Under the pieces are notes generated by a model. It ran no database searches. It was not told where the DNA came from and saw only the letters and a program-made list of their open reading frames with translations. A stretch of DNA of 64,000 nt from an uncultured Acidobacteriota bacterium. Lineage in GTDB: Bacteria > Acidobacteriota > Terriglobia > UBA7540. Positions 1-7,950 of this stretch are shown in pieces. The stretch covers positions 128,001 to 192,000 of the forward strand of contig CAWDSK010000005.1 in the NCBI GenBank assembly GCA_963804995.1, given 5' to 3'. Position 1 is the stretch's first letter; each line of letters starts with the position of its first letter. The position numbers and the translations under genes are program-made.

Positions 1-119
1 AACATCTATTCATCGTCCAGAATTCATAATTCACCTTTCACCCCTCACCCTTTACCCTTTGCAATTCCTTCCGCCCATGCGAGTATTCCCTTCCAACCGC
101 CATTACCGAGGTTCAAACC

Positions 120-155
120 ATGGCCAACCCAGAACACCTGAAGATTATTAAGTAG
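120..155 (+). pseudogene. N-terminal stub of a pentapeptide-repeat(-TIR) protein, cut by a REP
   Basis: GAGGT RBS then MANPEHLKIIK*, resembling the MANPEHLxIL start of pentapeptide-repeat/TIR proteins; the TAG stop is part of the GTAG of the following REP. Confidence 0.5.
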
Positions 156-201
156 CGCCGACCTTCAGGTCGGCACCTGCTGACCTAAAGGTCAGCGCTA
201 C
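152..201. repeat. GTAG-type REP doublet
   Basis: GTAGCGCCGACCTTCAGGTCGGC followed by inverted GCTGACCTAAAGGTCAGCGCTAC. Confidence 0.75.
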
Positions 202-228
202 GAAGCCCGCCTGGCGCTGCTAGGTTCT

Positions 229-571
229 AGCCCCAACGGGGCGTCCTAACAAAGCCCAGGGCAACGCCCTGGGTCAAGGAAGCCACCCCTTTCCATCGGT
301 AAGCCCTGAAGGGGCGCGCTAACCCTACTCACCATCGTGCCGGTTCGTTCCAGCCGGTCGGACGGTTCAGGGGGTTGCGTAGATCGCCCCTACAGGGCTC
401 GGGCCGGGAAACAATCTGTTGACCCAGGCCTTCGGCCCATAAGCGCTAAGATAAGGGCTCGATTCGGCGGTTTTTGAGCGGTTCAGTTTACCCAAATAGC
501 AGGATGGGGAGGTTTAACTTAGCGCTTATGGGCCTTCGGCCTGGGCTTTGTTAGGGCGCCCCTTTGGGGCT
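229..571. repeat. Long palindromic REPIN-like element (CCCAGGG type) interrupted by a MITE
   Basis: Terminal inverted repeat AGCCCCAACGGGGCGTCCTAACAAAGCCCAGG, 30/32 match to the reverse complement of 540-571. Confidence 0.7.
438..530. mobile_element. 93-bp non-autonomous MITE with IS4-family (IS186-like) ends
   Basis: IRs CATAAGCGCTAAGATAA / TTAACTTAGCGCTTATG (16/17); 11-bp direct repeat GGCCTTCGGCC at 427-437 and 531-541. Confidence 0.8.
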
Positions 572-780
572 CACAAGCGCGAAGTGCGGACCGGTTCGTT
601 AGGTCCGCGGCATTTTGTTGTCGATGGGGGGCGAACCGCCCCGATGAATCGGGGCGCTACCACCGCCCGCAGCAAGCCTCCAAGAGCGGGTAGCACAGCG
701 CGGCGAAGCCGCAACCCAACGCGTCGCCCCGATTCGAGTCTGGAAGTAAGCACCCTTCACTGCGGGCGCAGCCCGCTTTT

Positions 781-880
781 GGAGTGCGGTCGCAGCAGCT
801 ACCGCTTTCCGCCTTTGGTCCATACGGGAATGGTGCAAGAGCCAGACCCAGAAAAGCGGTAGCTGCTGCGACCGCACTCC
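781..880. repeat. REPIN-like inverted repeat (GGAGTGCG type)
   Basis: Perfect 28-bp inverted repeat at 781-808 / 853-880. Confidence 0.75.
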
Positions 881-988
881 GAAAGCGCTGCGCGCAGGAT
901 CCAACAATGGCTTGTCTTAAATAGGGCACCAATATACTTGACTCATCCACTGGGTTTTGGTATAGTTTTGCTTGTGAGGAGCGAAACC

Positions 989-1957
989 ATGCGCGAACCC
1001 CGTACCCTGCAAGAAGCCATTATCTATTTTTCGAACCCTGACAATTCCCGCGCCTACCTTGTGGCGAAGCGCTGGCCCCAGGGCGTCATCTGCCCAACCT
1101 GCGGGTCGGAAAAGGTCAAATTCAATCCGGCTCGCGGCGTCTGGCAATGCCCCCGCCATCATGCCCGGCGGCAATTCTCCGTCAAGGTGGGCACCCTGTT
1201 TGAGGATAGCGCCATCGGCCTGGATAAGTGGCTCACGGCGGTGTGGATGCTCACCAACTGCAAGAACGGTATCAGTTCCTATGAAGTAGCCCGCGACCTG
1301 GGGGTCACGCAAAAGACCGCCTGGTTCATGCTGCACCGCATCCGGCTGGCCTTGCAGGACGAGGGCGGCGGCAAGTTGGGAGGAGAAGTCGAGGTTGACG
1401 AAACCTTTATCGGCGGCCTCTCCCGCAACATGCACATCGGTAAGCGGCGGGAGAAAATCCAGGGCACGGGCGGGCGCGATAAAATTGCGGTCCTGGGAAT
1501 TCTGAAACGGCGAGGCAAAGTTCGCACTTCGGTCGTTCCCGATGTGACCCTCAAAACTCTTCGCGGCAGCGTTGTCGAAAACGTTTCGGCGGGCTCGCAG
1601 GTTTTCACGGACGCTTGGATTGGTTACCACGGGTTGGATTCCGAATATGTTCATAGCGTTATTGACCATGCCCAAGCCTATGCCGTGGAAAACGTCCACA
1701 CCAACGGCCTCGAAAACTACTGGAGCCTTTTGCAGCGCACCCTCCAAGGGACCTACGTTAGCGTCGAACCGTTCCATTTGTTTCGTTACCTTGACGAGCA
1801 AGCCTTCCGTTACAACCAGCGCGAAGGACTTGATGATCGTGGCCGCTTCGATGCGGCGGTTTCCAGGATCATCGGTAAGCGCCTCACCTGGAATCGCCTC
1901 GCCGGAAAGACGCAAGCTCGTCCAACCTGTTCTAACGCACAAGGCAAGGCAACGTGA
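989..1957 (+). CDS. IS1595-family DDE transposase
   Basis: GAGGAG RBS; Zn ribbon CPTCG..WQC; VEVDETFIGG, VFTD, HTNGLENYWSLL, YLDEQAFRYN motifs. Confidence 0.93.
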   Translation: MREPRTLQEAIIYFSNPDNSRAYLVAKRWPQGVICPTCGSEKVKFNPARGVWQCPRHHARRQFSVKVGTLFEDSAIGLDKWLTAVWMLTNCKNGISSYEVARDLGVTQKTAWFMLHRIRLALQDEGGGKLGGEVEVDETFIGGLSRNMHIGKRREKIQGTGGRDKIAVLGILKRRGKVRTSVVPDVTLKTLRGSVVENVSAGSQVFTDAWIGYHGLDSEYVHSVIDHAQAYAVENVHTNGLENYWSLLQRTLQGTYVSVEPFHLFRYLDEQAFRYNQREGLDDRGRFDAAVSRIIGKRLTWNRLAGKTQARPTCSNAQGKAT

Positions 1958-1974
1958 GCGCCGGGGGAAGCGGG

Positions 1975-2121
1975 TCAAGCCTTCGCCCGCTTCTTCCGCT
2001 GGCGTTGCTTCTTCCACTCCGCTTTCCTTCGCTGTAACTCCTCCCGCGGGACGGAGAAAATCTTGCTGATTGCAGCGTCGAAATTCTGGAATTCTGAGGT
2101 TTTTATCCCCTTCTGGCTCAT
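1975..2121 (-). CDS. 48-aa basic passenger ORF inside IS1595
   Basis: MSQKGIKTSEFQNFDAAISKIFSVPREELQRRKAEWKKQRQRKKRAKA, convergent with the transposase, helical and Lys/Arg-rich. Confidence 0.5.
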   Translation of the reverse strand: MSQKGIKTSEFQNFDAAISKIFSVPREELQRRKAEWKKQRQRKKRAKA

Positions 2122-2414
2122 AAACATTAAATGCCTCAGTCCGTGACAATACCTTATCCACTCAACATCGTACACCTCCAACCCGTTCATCTCGCACCTT
2201 TCGAATGGATGAGTCAAGTAAGTTGGTGCCTTAAATAGGCAGGAGAATCGCCGCACCTAACGCCCAAAATCTTTGCTAAAAAAACAAGCATCTACGGTAT
2301 TGCAATGCAGGGCGGTCAGCTATCAGCGGACAGCCCTCAGCGCACAGCGACCAAGAACCGGCACGGCGGAGTTTTTTACTGAGAACTGACTACTGATAAC
2401 TGATGACTGATTAC

Positions 2415-2606
2415 TTATGCTTCCTTTAGAAAATAGCTCGTGCTACGGCCACCCGCGGGGTCTTTGATCAGGATGTCGTGATCGACCAATTCGAGAATAT
2501 CGCGGTATGCCGTGTCCTGAGAGCACTTCGTCAGCTTTGCCCATTTTGAAGAAGTCAGCTTTCCATCAAAGCCATCCAGCAGCTTATTCAGGATAAGGCG
2601 TTGCCG
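2415..2606 (-). pseudogene. C-terminal winged-helix fragment of a Fic-family protein
   Basis: RQRLILNKLLDGFDGKLTSSKWAKLTKCSQDTAYRDI..GGRSTSY is the typical C-terminus of Fic/DUF4172 proteins; Fic domain absent. Confidence 0.75.
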
Positions 2607-2766
2607 TCGTCGAAGGGATGGACCGTGACGAACCACAAATGGCCTATGGCCGCTCTTAGAACCGGGTCTGTTTCGCCGGGCTCATTTGCCCAATCGATGA
2701 ATGCGGTCATTGATAAAATACGCACAATATGCGGGGATTACGGGCGGTATTCTCCGCAAGTAAAAG

Positions 2767-2958
2767 TTCGACGAAAATGCCAAGTGGGGTGAGCCGGTGT
2801 GGGGTGAGATTGACACTGCCATACGGCACTATGACAAGCTGGTGGTGATTTGCTCCGAGCATTCGCTGCAAAGCGAGCCCGTCATTCGCGAAATCGAGCG
2901 CGCCTTGCAGAAGGAAGACCGCGAACATAGGAATGTGCTCTTCCCCATCCGCATGTAG
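2767..2958 (+). pseudogene. TIR (TIR_2-like) domain fragment, not in ORF track
   Basis: FDENAKWGEPVWGEIDTAIRHYDKLVVICSEHSLQSEPVIREIERALQKEDREHRNVLFPIRM*; no convincing start, in-frame stop just upstream. Confidence 0.75.
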
Positions 2959-3063
2959 TGGGTCACGATGATGTTGTAGCGGCGAGTTTACCTCGCCCTT
3001 CTCGAGGCGGCATTACGCCGTCATATGGCGAGGTGAACTCGCCGCTACAAATTCACCCCCTAC
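2955..3063. repeat. Nested REPIN (GTAGCGGCGAGTTTACCTCGCC family)
   Basis: Inverted pair 2976-2997 / 3027-3048; same unit near 17325 and at 54732-54846. Confidence 0.75.
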
Positions 3064-3163
3064 GCTTTTTGTGTCGCCGCGGAATTTAGCTCGGCGGAAG
3101 CATTTTCGTGTAGCATACGAAGCGCGCAGAGGGTTCTTCGAATCATTCGGGCGGAGGTAGGAA

Positions 3164-3619
3164 ATGATCTTGGACGTGGTCGCAAACGAGGAAAGGTTGA
3201 AGCAGTTGCATCCCGGTTTCAGTCCCGCTCTGCAGTATCTGCGACGGACGAACTTGGGCGAGCTCCCCGAGGGGCGCCAGGAGATTGACGGTTCCCGGCT
3301 TTATGCCGCGGTTATTCGGGGTCAGGGCCGAGGTCAAAAAGGGGCAAAGCTGGAGGCCCACCGCCGGTACATTGATATCCAGTATTCCATCACGGGTTCG
3401 GACGTGATCGGCTGGAAGCCGACTTCCACTTGCCGTGATCCCGAGCAGGCCTACGACGAACAAAAGGATATCCAGTTCTTCCGTGACGCAGCGGACTCCT
3501 GGGTGACCATACCGCAGGGAAACTTTGGGATTTTCTTCCCTGAAGATGCCCATGCGCCGACGGGAGCCGACGGGCCGATTCACAAGGTGGTCGTCAAGGT
3601 CGCTGTCGATTGGGCGTGA
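3164..3619 (+). CDS. YhcH/YjgK/YiaL (DUF386) family protein
   Basis: GGAGG RBS; MILD start, LEAHRRYIDIQY, IFFPEDAHAP, KVVVKV motifs. Confidence 0.9.
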   Translation: MILDVVANEERLKQLHPGFSPALQYLRRTNLGELPEGRQEIDGSRLYAAVIRGQGRGQKGAKLEAHRRYIDIQYSITGSDVIGWKPTSTCRDPEQAYDEQKDIQFFRDAADSWVTIPQGNFGIFFPEDAHAPTGADGPIHKVVVKVAVDWA

Positions 3620-3694
3620 CGGCTGACAGGGAGGGGCGTCGCGACCCTGAATCGCCAGCGCGAACACGTTGCCCAAGCGCAAGCCAGGCCCCAA

Positions 3695-3928
3695 TCAGGT
3701 GTAAGGCGTGCGGGAGTGCGGCGGGTGGGCTTCGAATCGTTCCTGGGCCATCTCTTTCCACATTCGAGTCCGGCAATTCAGGACACGGAGGTATTCATGG
3801 CCAGGGGTGGCGGGACTGCGTGCCGTCTCGGCGAGCAGCCGGATCCCCAATAGCGAATCATTGGTCAGGCGGTCGCGCGTCAGAATCCGCTCCAAGAGAA
3901 GATCGTCGGTTAACAGGTTGGGTGTCAC
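3695..3928 (-). CDS. Hypothetical 77-aa protein
   Basis: GAGGAG RBS before a GTG start; no recognised family. Confidence 0.55.
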   Translation of the reverse strand: MTPNLLTDDLLLERILTRDRLTNDSLLGIRLLAETARSPATPGHEYLRVLNCRTRMWKEMAQERFEAHPPHSRTPYT

Positions 3929-4330
3929 AATATGCTCCTCTGAGGGGCCGGTAAATACTAGTCAATCAAGTCAATCAAGTGACCACGTAATAAATAGGTG
4001 CGACGCGCCAAACTCACTTGCCGGTTGGGCACCAGTACGAACCTCGTGCGATTCTTTATTTTGCATTGCGCTGAGCGTGTTCCCTCAGCGTTACCTGTCG
4101 GGCTTTAGCAATCCACGCTTTCGAGGTTAGGGTTTTCTTTTTGCGATCCTGAAATCACTACCGTAGGGCTTTTTCAGGAACCAAGCAATTGCGTCCCCTT
4201 GCTTGCGGCGACACTTCCATACGACCTGTGAGTCAGGTGAACCTGAGGGACTCCCCGTTCAAGCCACCCGCCCCAGGGGCGACACGCTATTCCAGGCGGG
4301 ACGAGCGGCAAGGCTACCAATCTACCCAAT

Positions 4331-4359
4331 AGGCTATGATTCTTTTCGACACTTGTCAA
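4331..4359 (-). promoter_or_regulatory. Sigma70-type promoter upstream of a ~390-nt leader
   Basis: TTGACA-17 bp-TAGCCT on the minus strand. Confidence 0.5.
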
Positions 4360-4543
4360 GGGCCGGAAGTTCAGCTTAGACAGGCTTATATCCGGGGTGG
4401 GTCTGGGGTTACGGGTGCTGGTGCGGGAGGGAGGCAGGGGTGGCCGGAAATGTTTAGCGGCGGCAGTAGCCGCACACCGTGGCGTGCCCCTACGACGATT
4501 TCTTCGCAGATGCTTTGCTCTTCAGCCTTGGCCAGCGGCCGGA

Positions 4544-5080
4544 CTAGTCATCACTCTTCTTGGGTGTTGATAACAAGTCCGACGGCGGCTCTGTCAGCGG
4601 AGAGTCCTCGCTGTGGGGTTCGGTTGCCATTCCGGCCATCTGGATAATCGATTCGGCCAGCAGATGCAGGCCATCGGCAGCCACCTTGTTACCCTTCATT
4701 TTCATGGCACTCAATTGCAGAATATTCTCCACGGTTTCTTTATAGAGGGTGCGGGTGTCAGGCGGTAGGGAACGCAAGAAAGCCGGGTCGAGGTAGCGTC
4801 GTTCCAATTCCGCCTGGCCGGGTGGCGTCTGCTTGCCCCGTGAGACATCTGTGGCTGGCGCGCCGGGTGGCGCTGTGGTGAATAGGGCACGGGTTTCCGC
4901 GTCGGGGCACAATTCCAGCAATCGCCGGAGACGATAGCCGCGTGGGGTGGAGCGCCCGGATTCCCAAAATTGCACGGCACTTAGGCTACAACCCACCCGA
5001 GCGGCAAGCTCCTGCTGAGTAATCTGTAGCCTTTCCCGAAGTGACGATACGGCACGCGGCTCTATTCTGGCAAATCTCAT
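4544..5080 (-). CDS. XRE/HTH_3 transcriptional regulator (CI-like position)
   Basis: LRERLQITQQELAARVGCSLSAVQFWESGRSTP helix-turn-helix; GAGG RBS; no S24 peptidase motif seen. Confidence 0.85.
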   Translation of the reverse strand: MRFARIEPRAVSSLRERLQITQQELAARVGCSLSAVQFWESGRSTPRGYRLRRLLELCPDAETRALFTTAPPGAPATDVSRGKQTPPGQAELERRYLDPAFLRSLPPDTRTLYKETVENILQLSAMKMKGNKVAADGLHLLAESIIQMAGMATEPHSEDSPLTEPPSDLLSTPKKSDD

Positions 5081-5090
5081 AATTTTCCTC

Positions 5091-5118
5091 TTGACTTACT
5101 AACGATTAAGTATACAAT
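5091..5118 (+). promoter_or_regulatory. Rightward promoter in the AT-rich divergent gap
   Basis: TTGACT-16 bp-TACAAT between head-to-head HTH genes. Confidence 0.5.
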
Positions 5119-5136
5119 AAAGCCTATTAAAAGGCG

Positions 5137-5430
5137 GTGAACAAAGTTCACCGACGTATAATGACGCAACTTAGCACAAAACGCCAGACAAAAAAACTTG
5201 ATCGCGACACCTTGCTTTCCATCCGCCGCACGCATGGAATGGCCGCCGCCATTGCCCGTGTGGCGGGCGTCTCACGTGGGTTTGTCAGCGAGGTGCTAAC
5301 TGGGCGGAAGCGGCCCAGCGCGCGCTTTTTGGCGGCCTTACCGTGTGCCTTTGACCTGGTCACTTTGCAGTCGGGGGCACGCCTAGACGAGCTGGAAGCA
5401 TCCAGCCGAGAAGACGAGCAGAAGAGGTGA
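5137..5430 (+). CDS. Cro-like HTH protein (alternative start 5161)
   Basis: AAAIARVAGVSRGFVSEVLTGRKRPS HTH signature, divergent from the XRE gene. Confidence 0.75.
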   Translation: MNKVHRRIMTQLSTKRQTKKLDRDTLLSIRRTHGMAAAIARVAGVSRGFVSEVLTGRKRPSARFLAALPCAFDLVTLQSGARLDELEASSREDEQKR

Positions 5431-5438
5431 CCTGCGTC

Positions 5439-5660
5439 ATGGCTGAACAGAACAAAGTCGAGTTCGGTATCACGGTTAGTCATCGGCTCCCCGAAAGTTT
5501 GGTGGCCAGCGTCGACCAGTGGGCGAATAGGACTTGGCGCGATCGTGCCAAGATCCTATCGGCGATATGTTGCCGCGTCCTGGAGATGGTCCGCCAAGAG
5601 GGGGGCTTTAAGCAAGATCTAAGTGATGTCCTACGCCGTTTACGTCTCGATCCGGCATAA
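5439..5660 (+). CDS. Ribbon-helix-helix-like small DNA-binding protein
   Basis: GAGGTGA RBS; ITVSHRLPESLVASVDQWANRTWRDRAKIL fits a strand-helix-helix CopG/Arc pattern. Confidence 0.6.
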   Translation: MAEQNKVEFGITVSHRLPESLVASVDQWANRTWRDRAKILSAICCRVLEMVRQEGGFKQDLSDVLRRLRLDPA

Positions 5661-5805
5661 AAAAATTTTCCGGCAGTTTGTCTTCTATGTCTATTTCGTA
5701 TTTAAAGCTTACAGGGGTTGATCCCCTGCACACCTCGAGGTGTGTCCAGTCGTCCTTCATCATCCGGCTGCGCGTCACTGACGCGCAGAAGGTAGGTGAG
5801 GGATT

Positions 5806-5862
5806 ATGCGGAGCCAACCGCAAGGCGGACCCCATCCGCCTATGCCTTGGCCGCCACGTTAG
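5806..5862 (+). CDS. 18-aa proline-rich peptide MRSQPQGGPHPPMPWPPR (unannotated)
   Basis: AGGTGA Shine-Dalgarno 6 nt before ATG; in-frame stop just upstream; 7 Pro including two PP pairs. Confidence 0.55.
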   Translation: MRSQPQGGPHPPMPWPPR

Positions 5863-5877
5863 GGCGGCTCGCACGCG

Positions 5878-5908
5878 CCGGGGCCTCCCGGCATTCGGGA
5901 GGTCCCGG
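5878..5908 (+). promoter_or_regulatory. Hairpin sequestering the RBS of the downstream membrane-protein gene
   Basis: 13-bp stem CCGGGGCCTCCCG-gcatt-CGGGAGGTCCCGG (one G-U); 3' arm contains GGAGG and the G of the GTG start; no U-tail. Confidence 0.65.
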
Positions 5909-6438
5909 TGAAATCGTATGCCATCTATTTCGCTGCCTGTGCTTTGCACTTTGTGCTGCTTTTCCTCTTCAGCAACCAACAGTTATATCAGCGTTACCCT
6001 TTCTTTATGCTCTGGCTGCTGGCCGAACCCTTTTCCAATCTCGCGCTCTGGGTACTCTATTGGTCGAAGGAATTTCCCCTGATGACCGCCGCCAAGAATG
6101 GCTTGGACATCTTGTGGTACGGCATCCTGGCCGCCGCCCTGGTGCAAGCCTGCCTCGCCTGGGGAGACCCCATCGGCGGCGTTCTCCGCCGAGGGATCAT
6201 TGCCTTGGTGCTTCTCGCCGTGATCGGTCGTGAAGCCGGAGGAATGAAGCTGGCGGGAGGGTTCGGAGTGGCTCTCGCCACCGCCATGAACCTGGCCTAT
6301 ATGGCTCCCACAGTTTATCTGGTGGCAAAGCTTTCCGATATACGCCTGGAGCGTATTCCACTTTGGCTGCGAGAAGACGTTCCTTGGGTGAGCGCGGCAC
6401 GTCAAGTCTGGGGTTACGCCCATTCCCTGCTCAGTTGA
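5908..6438 (+). CDS. Hypothetical integral membrane protein (~5 TM)
   Basis: Five hydrophobic segments, LYQRYPFF loop after TM1, GGAGG RBS. Confidence 0.8.
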   Translation: MKSYAIYFAACALHFVLLFLFSNQQLYQRYPFFMLWLLAEPFSNLALWVLYWSKEFPLMTAAKNGLDILWYGILAAALVQACLAWGDPIGGVLRRGIIALVLLAVIGREAGGMKLAGGFGVALATAMNLAYMAPTVYLVAKLSDIRLERIPLWLREDVPWVSAARQVWGYAHSLLS

Positions 6439-6524
6439 TGGAAAGGTCAGAATTTTAATCCTTAGTTGCAGTGATTTTGTCATGATTACCATGTATACAA
6501 TGTATCACAATTTACTAGGCACCC

Positions 6525-6959
6525 ATGAAGACCTCTAGCGTCCCGAGCCAAAAGATCGTTGAACAAGTCAGTCCCAATGAACCGGGATGCAACGTGTTGC
6601 CTGGCCACCAACGCGGCAGGCTGACAGCGCCACTCCGGTTCAATTCCCACCATTACTCAGCGAGAAAGCACTGGGCAGAACGGCCCACCTCCCATCCTAT
6701 ACCGACGACGGCACCCACATTTATACCAGCCTTCTTCTTTTCCCCTCATCCTCCTGCCACCCTACCGTTCCGCCCAGCGCTTTCTCGCCGAGAAAAACAA
6801 ATATCTCAAGGGATCAAAGACGCCGCGCCATCCACGCTTGGGCTCTTCAGCTCCTGCTCTGCCTCTTGCGAGGCGCAAAGCCAAGGCCCAGGACGGATCC
6901 CTGCGCCGGCCATCCCCAGCCCCCAGCGAAAGGTAGTTCATGCGACTCCTGATTGTTGA
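6525..6959 (+). CDS. Hypothetical Pro/Ser-rich ORF (doubtful)
   Basis: ATG after an AT-rich segment, overlaps the next start; no recognisable domain. Confidence 0.3.
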   Translation: MKTSSVPSQKIVEQVSPNEPGCNVLPGHQRGRLTAPLRFNSHHYSARKHWAERPTSHPIPTTAPTFIPAFFFSPHPPATLPFRPALSRREKQISQGIKDAAPSTLGLFSSCSASCEAQSQGPGRIPAPAIPSPQRKVVHATPDC

Positions 6960-7460
6960 AGACAACGAGTATCTCGCGGAAGTCACCGCGCAACTTCTAC
7001 ACTCCTTCGACCGGCAAGCGCGGCGAACTCGAAGAGCATTACCATTGCCGGTGACCTTGAGACAGCCATCTACTTCCTTCCCGAGCACGATGCTGTCCTC
7101 TGTGACGGGCGGTTTCCAATTTCTCTTAACTCCCGCTTCATCGCGGAAGAGTGGGATGTGGTCCGGCACGAAGCCGACCGCCGAGGCATCCACTTTGTCC
7201 TCTACAGCGGCTGCGTCCCCGCTCTTCTTTCCGCGCGCGAGGCCAACACTCCGGCGCTTGCCAAACCCGCGCCCATAGAGGAAATCTATGCGGCAATTAC
7301 CGGTCCGAAGTCGGGTACCCACGGTCCGAAGTCAGGGGATGACACCTTGGGAATGGGGGGGAACTTGATTGCACGGAGTTCAGTGCTTGCGTGCGTCGCG
7401 CCAAGCCAGCCACAGGCAGCCATCGGCAGTCAAATCAAGCTGATTTCTGAGGGCGGATAG
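6940..7460 (+). CDS. Stand-alone response regulator receiver domain, frameshifted at ~7026-7033
   Basis: MRLLIVEDN.. joins in another frame to ..DAVLCDG..FVLYSG..LAKPA; acidic pocket, Asp acceptor, Ser and Lys all present. Confidence 0.75.
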
Positions 7461-7482
7461 CTCGGAGCTAGAAGGGGGTTTT

Positions 7483-7725
7483 GTGCACCAGGCCTTCGAA
7501 CAATACTGTGAAGTAGTCAGGGCAAAAGCGGCCCAACTCGGAGAAGAAGCCGAGATGCGCGCCCGTTTCGAGCATCTTCGGGCCTTCAATTTTGGCCGCT
7601 CGATTCAGCACCTCGAAAACTCCCAACACGAGTTGCGGATGCGCTTGTGCTGGCTGCTGTTGGGGGCGGCAATGGGCGCTGCCTTGGTGGCGGGATTCCT
7701 GCACATGTTGGGTCGCGCACCCTAA
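7483..7725 (+). CDS. Hypothetical protein with C-terminal TM helix
   Basis: Helical N-terminus plus LCWLLLGAAMGAALVAGFL; AGGGGG RBS. Confidence 0.6.
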   Translation: MHQAFEQYCEVVRAKAAQLGEEAEMRARFEHLRAFNFGRSIQHLENSQHELRMRLCWLLLGAAMGAALVAGFLHMLGRAP

Positions 7726-7950
7726 GGTTTAGGACCCACCCTGAACTTTTGAAGTCTTAAGCCTGCTCAGCTCATTCGCAGGCAGTGTTGAATAGGCCGG
7801 TACAGTTGAACCAATCGAAAAAGCTGAACCATCAACTTCTCAACTCTTCAATTCCATCGAAGCGGCGCCTCGAACGCCAGTCAAAATGCGAGGTTCCAAC
7901 CGCTCGATCGCTAAATCTCGAAATACTCGAATTTTTGCCGGAGGGGAAAA

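Larger units (their letters stand above)
925..2230 (+). mobile_element. IS1595-family insertion sequence, 1306 bp
   Basis: 25-bp IRs GGCACCAATATACTTGACTCATCCA (23/25 match); 8-bp TSD TTAAATAG at 917-924 and 2231-2238. Confidence 0.93.

Noticed and set aside
548..950. Several 60-104 aa ORFs
   Set aside because: They lie in palindromic repeat DNA and have no RBS or domain
917..2161. 414-aa antisense ORF over the transposase
   Set aside because: Shadow frame of the IS1595 transposase, with no independent motifs
4100..4215. c-di-GMP-I riboswitch (GGGACGCAA on minus strand)
   Set aside because: The GCAAAC..GAAA tetraloop arm is missing; kept only as an unassigned structured leader
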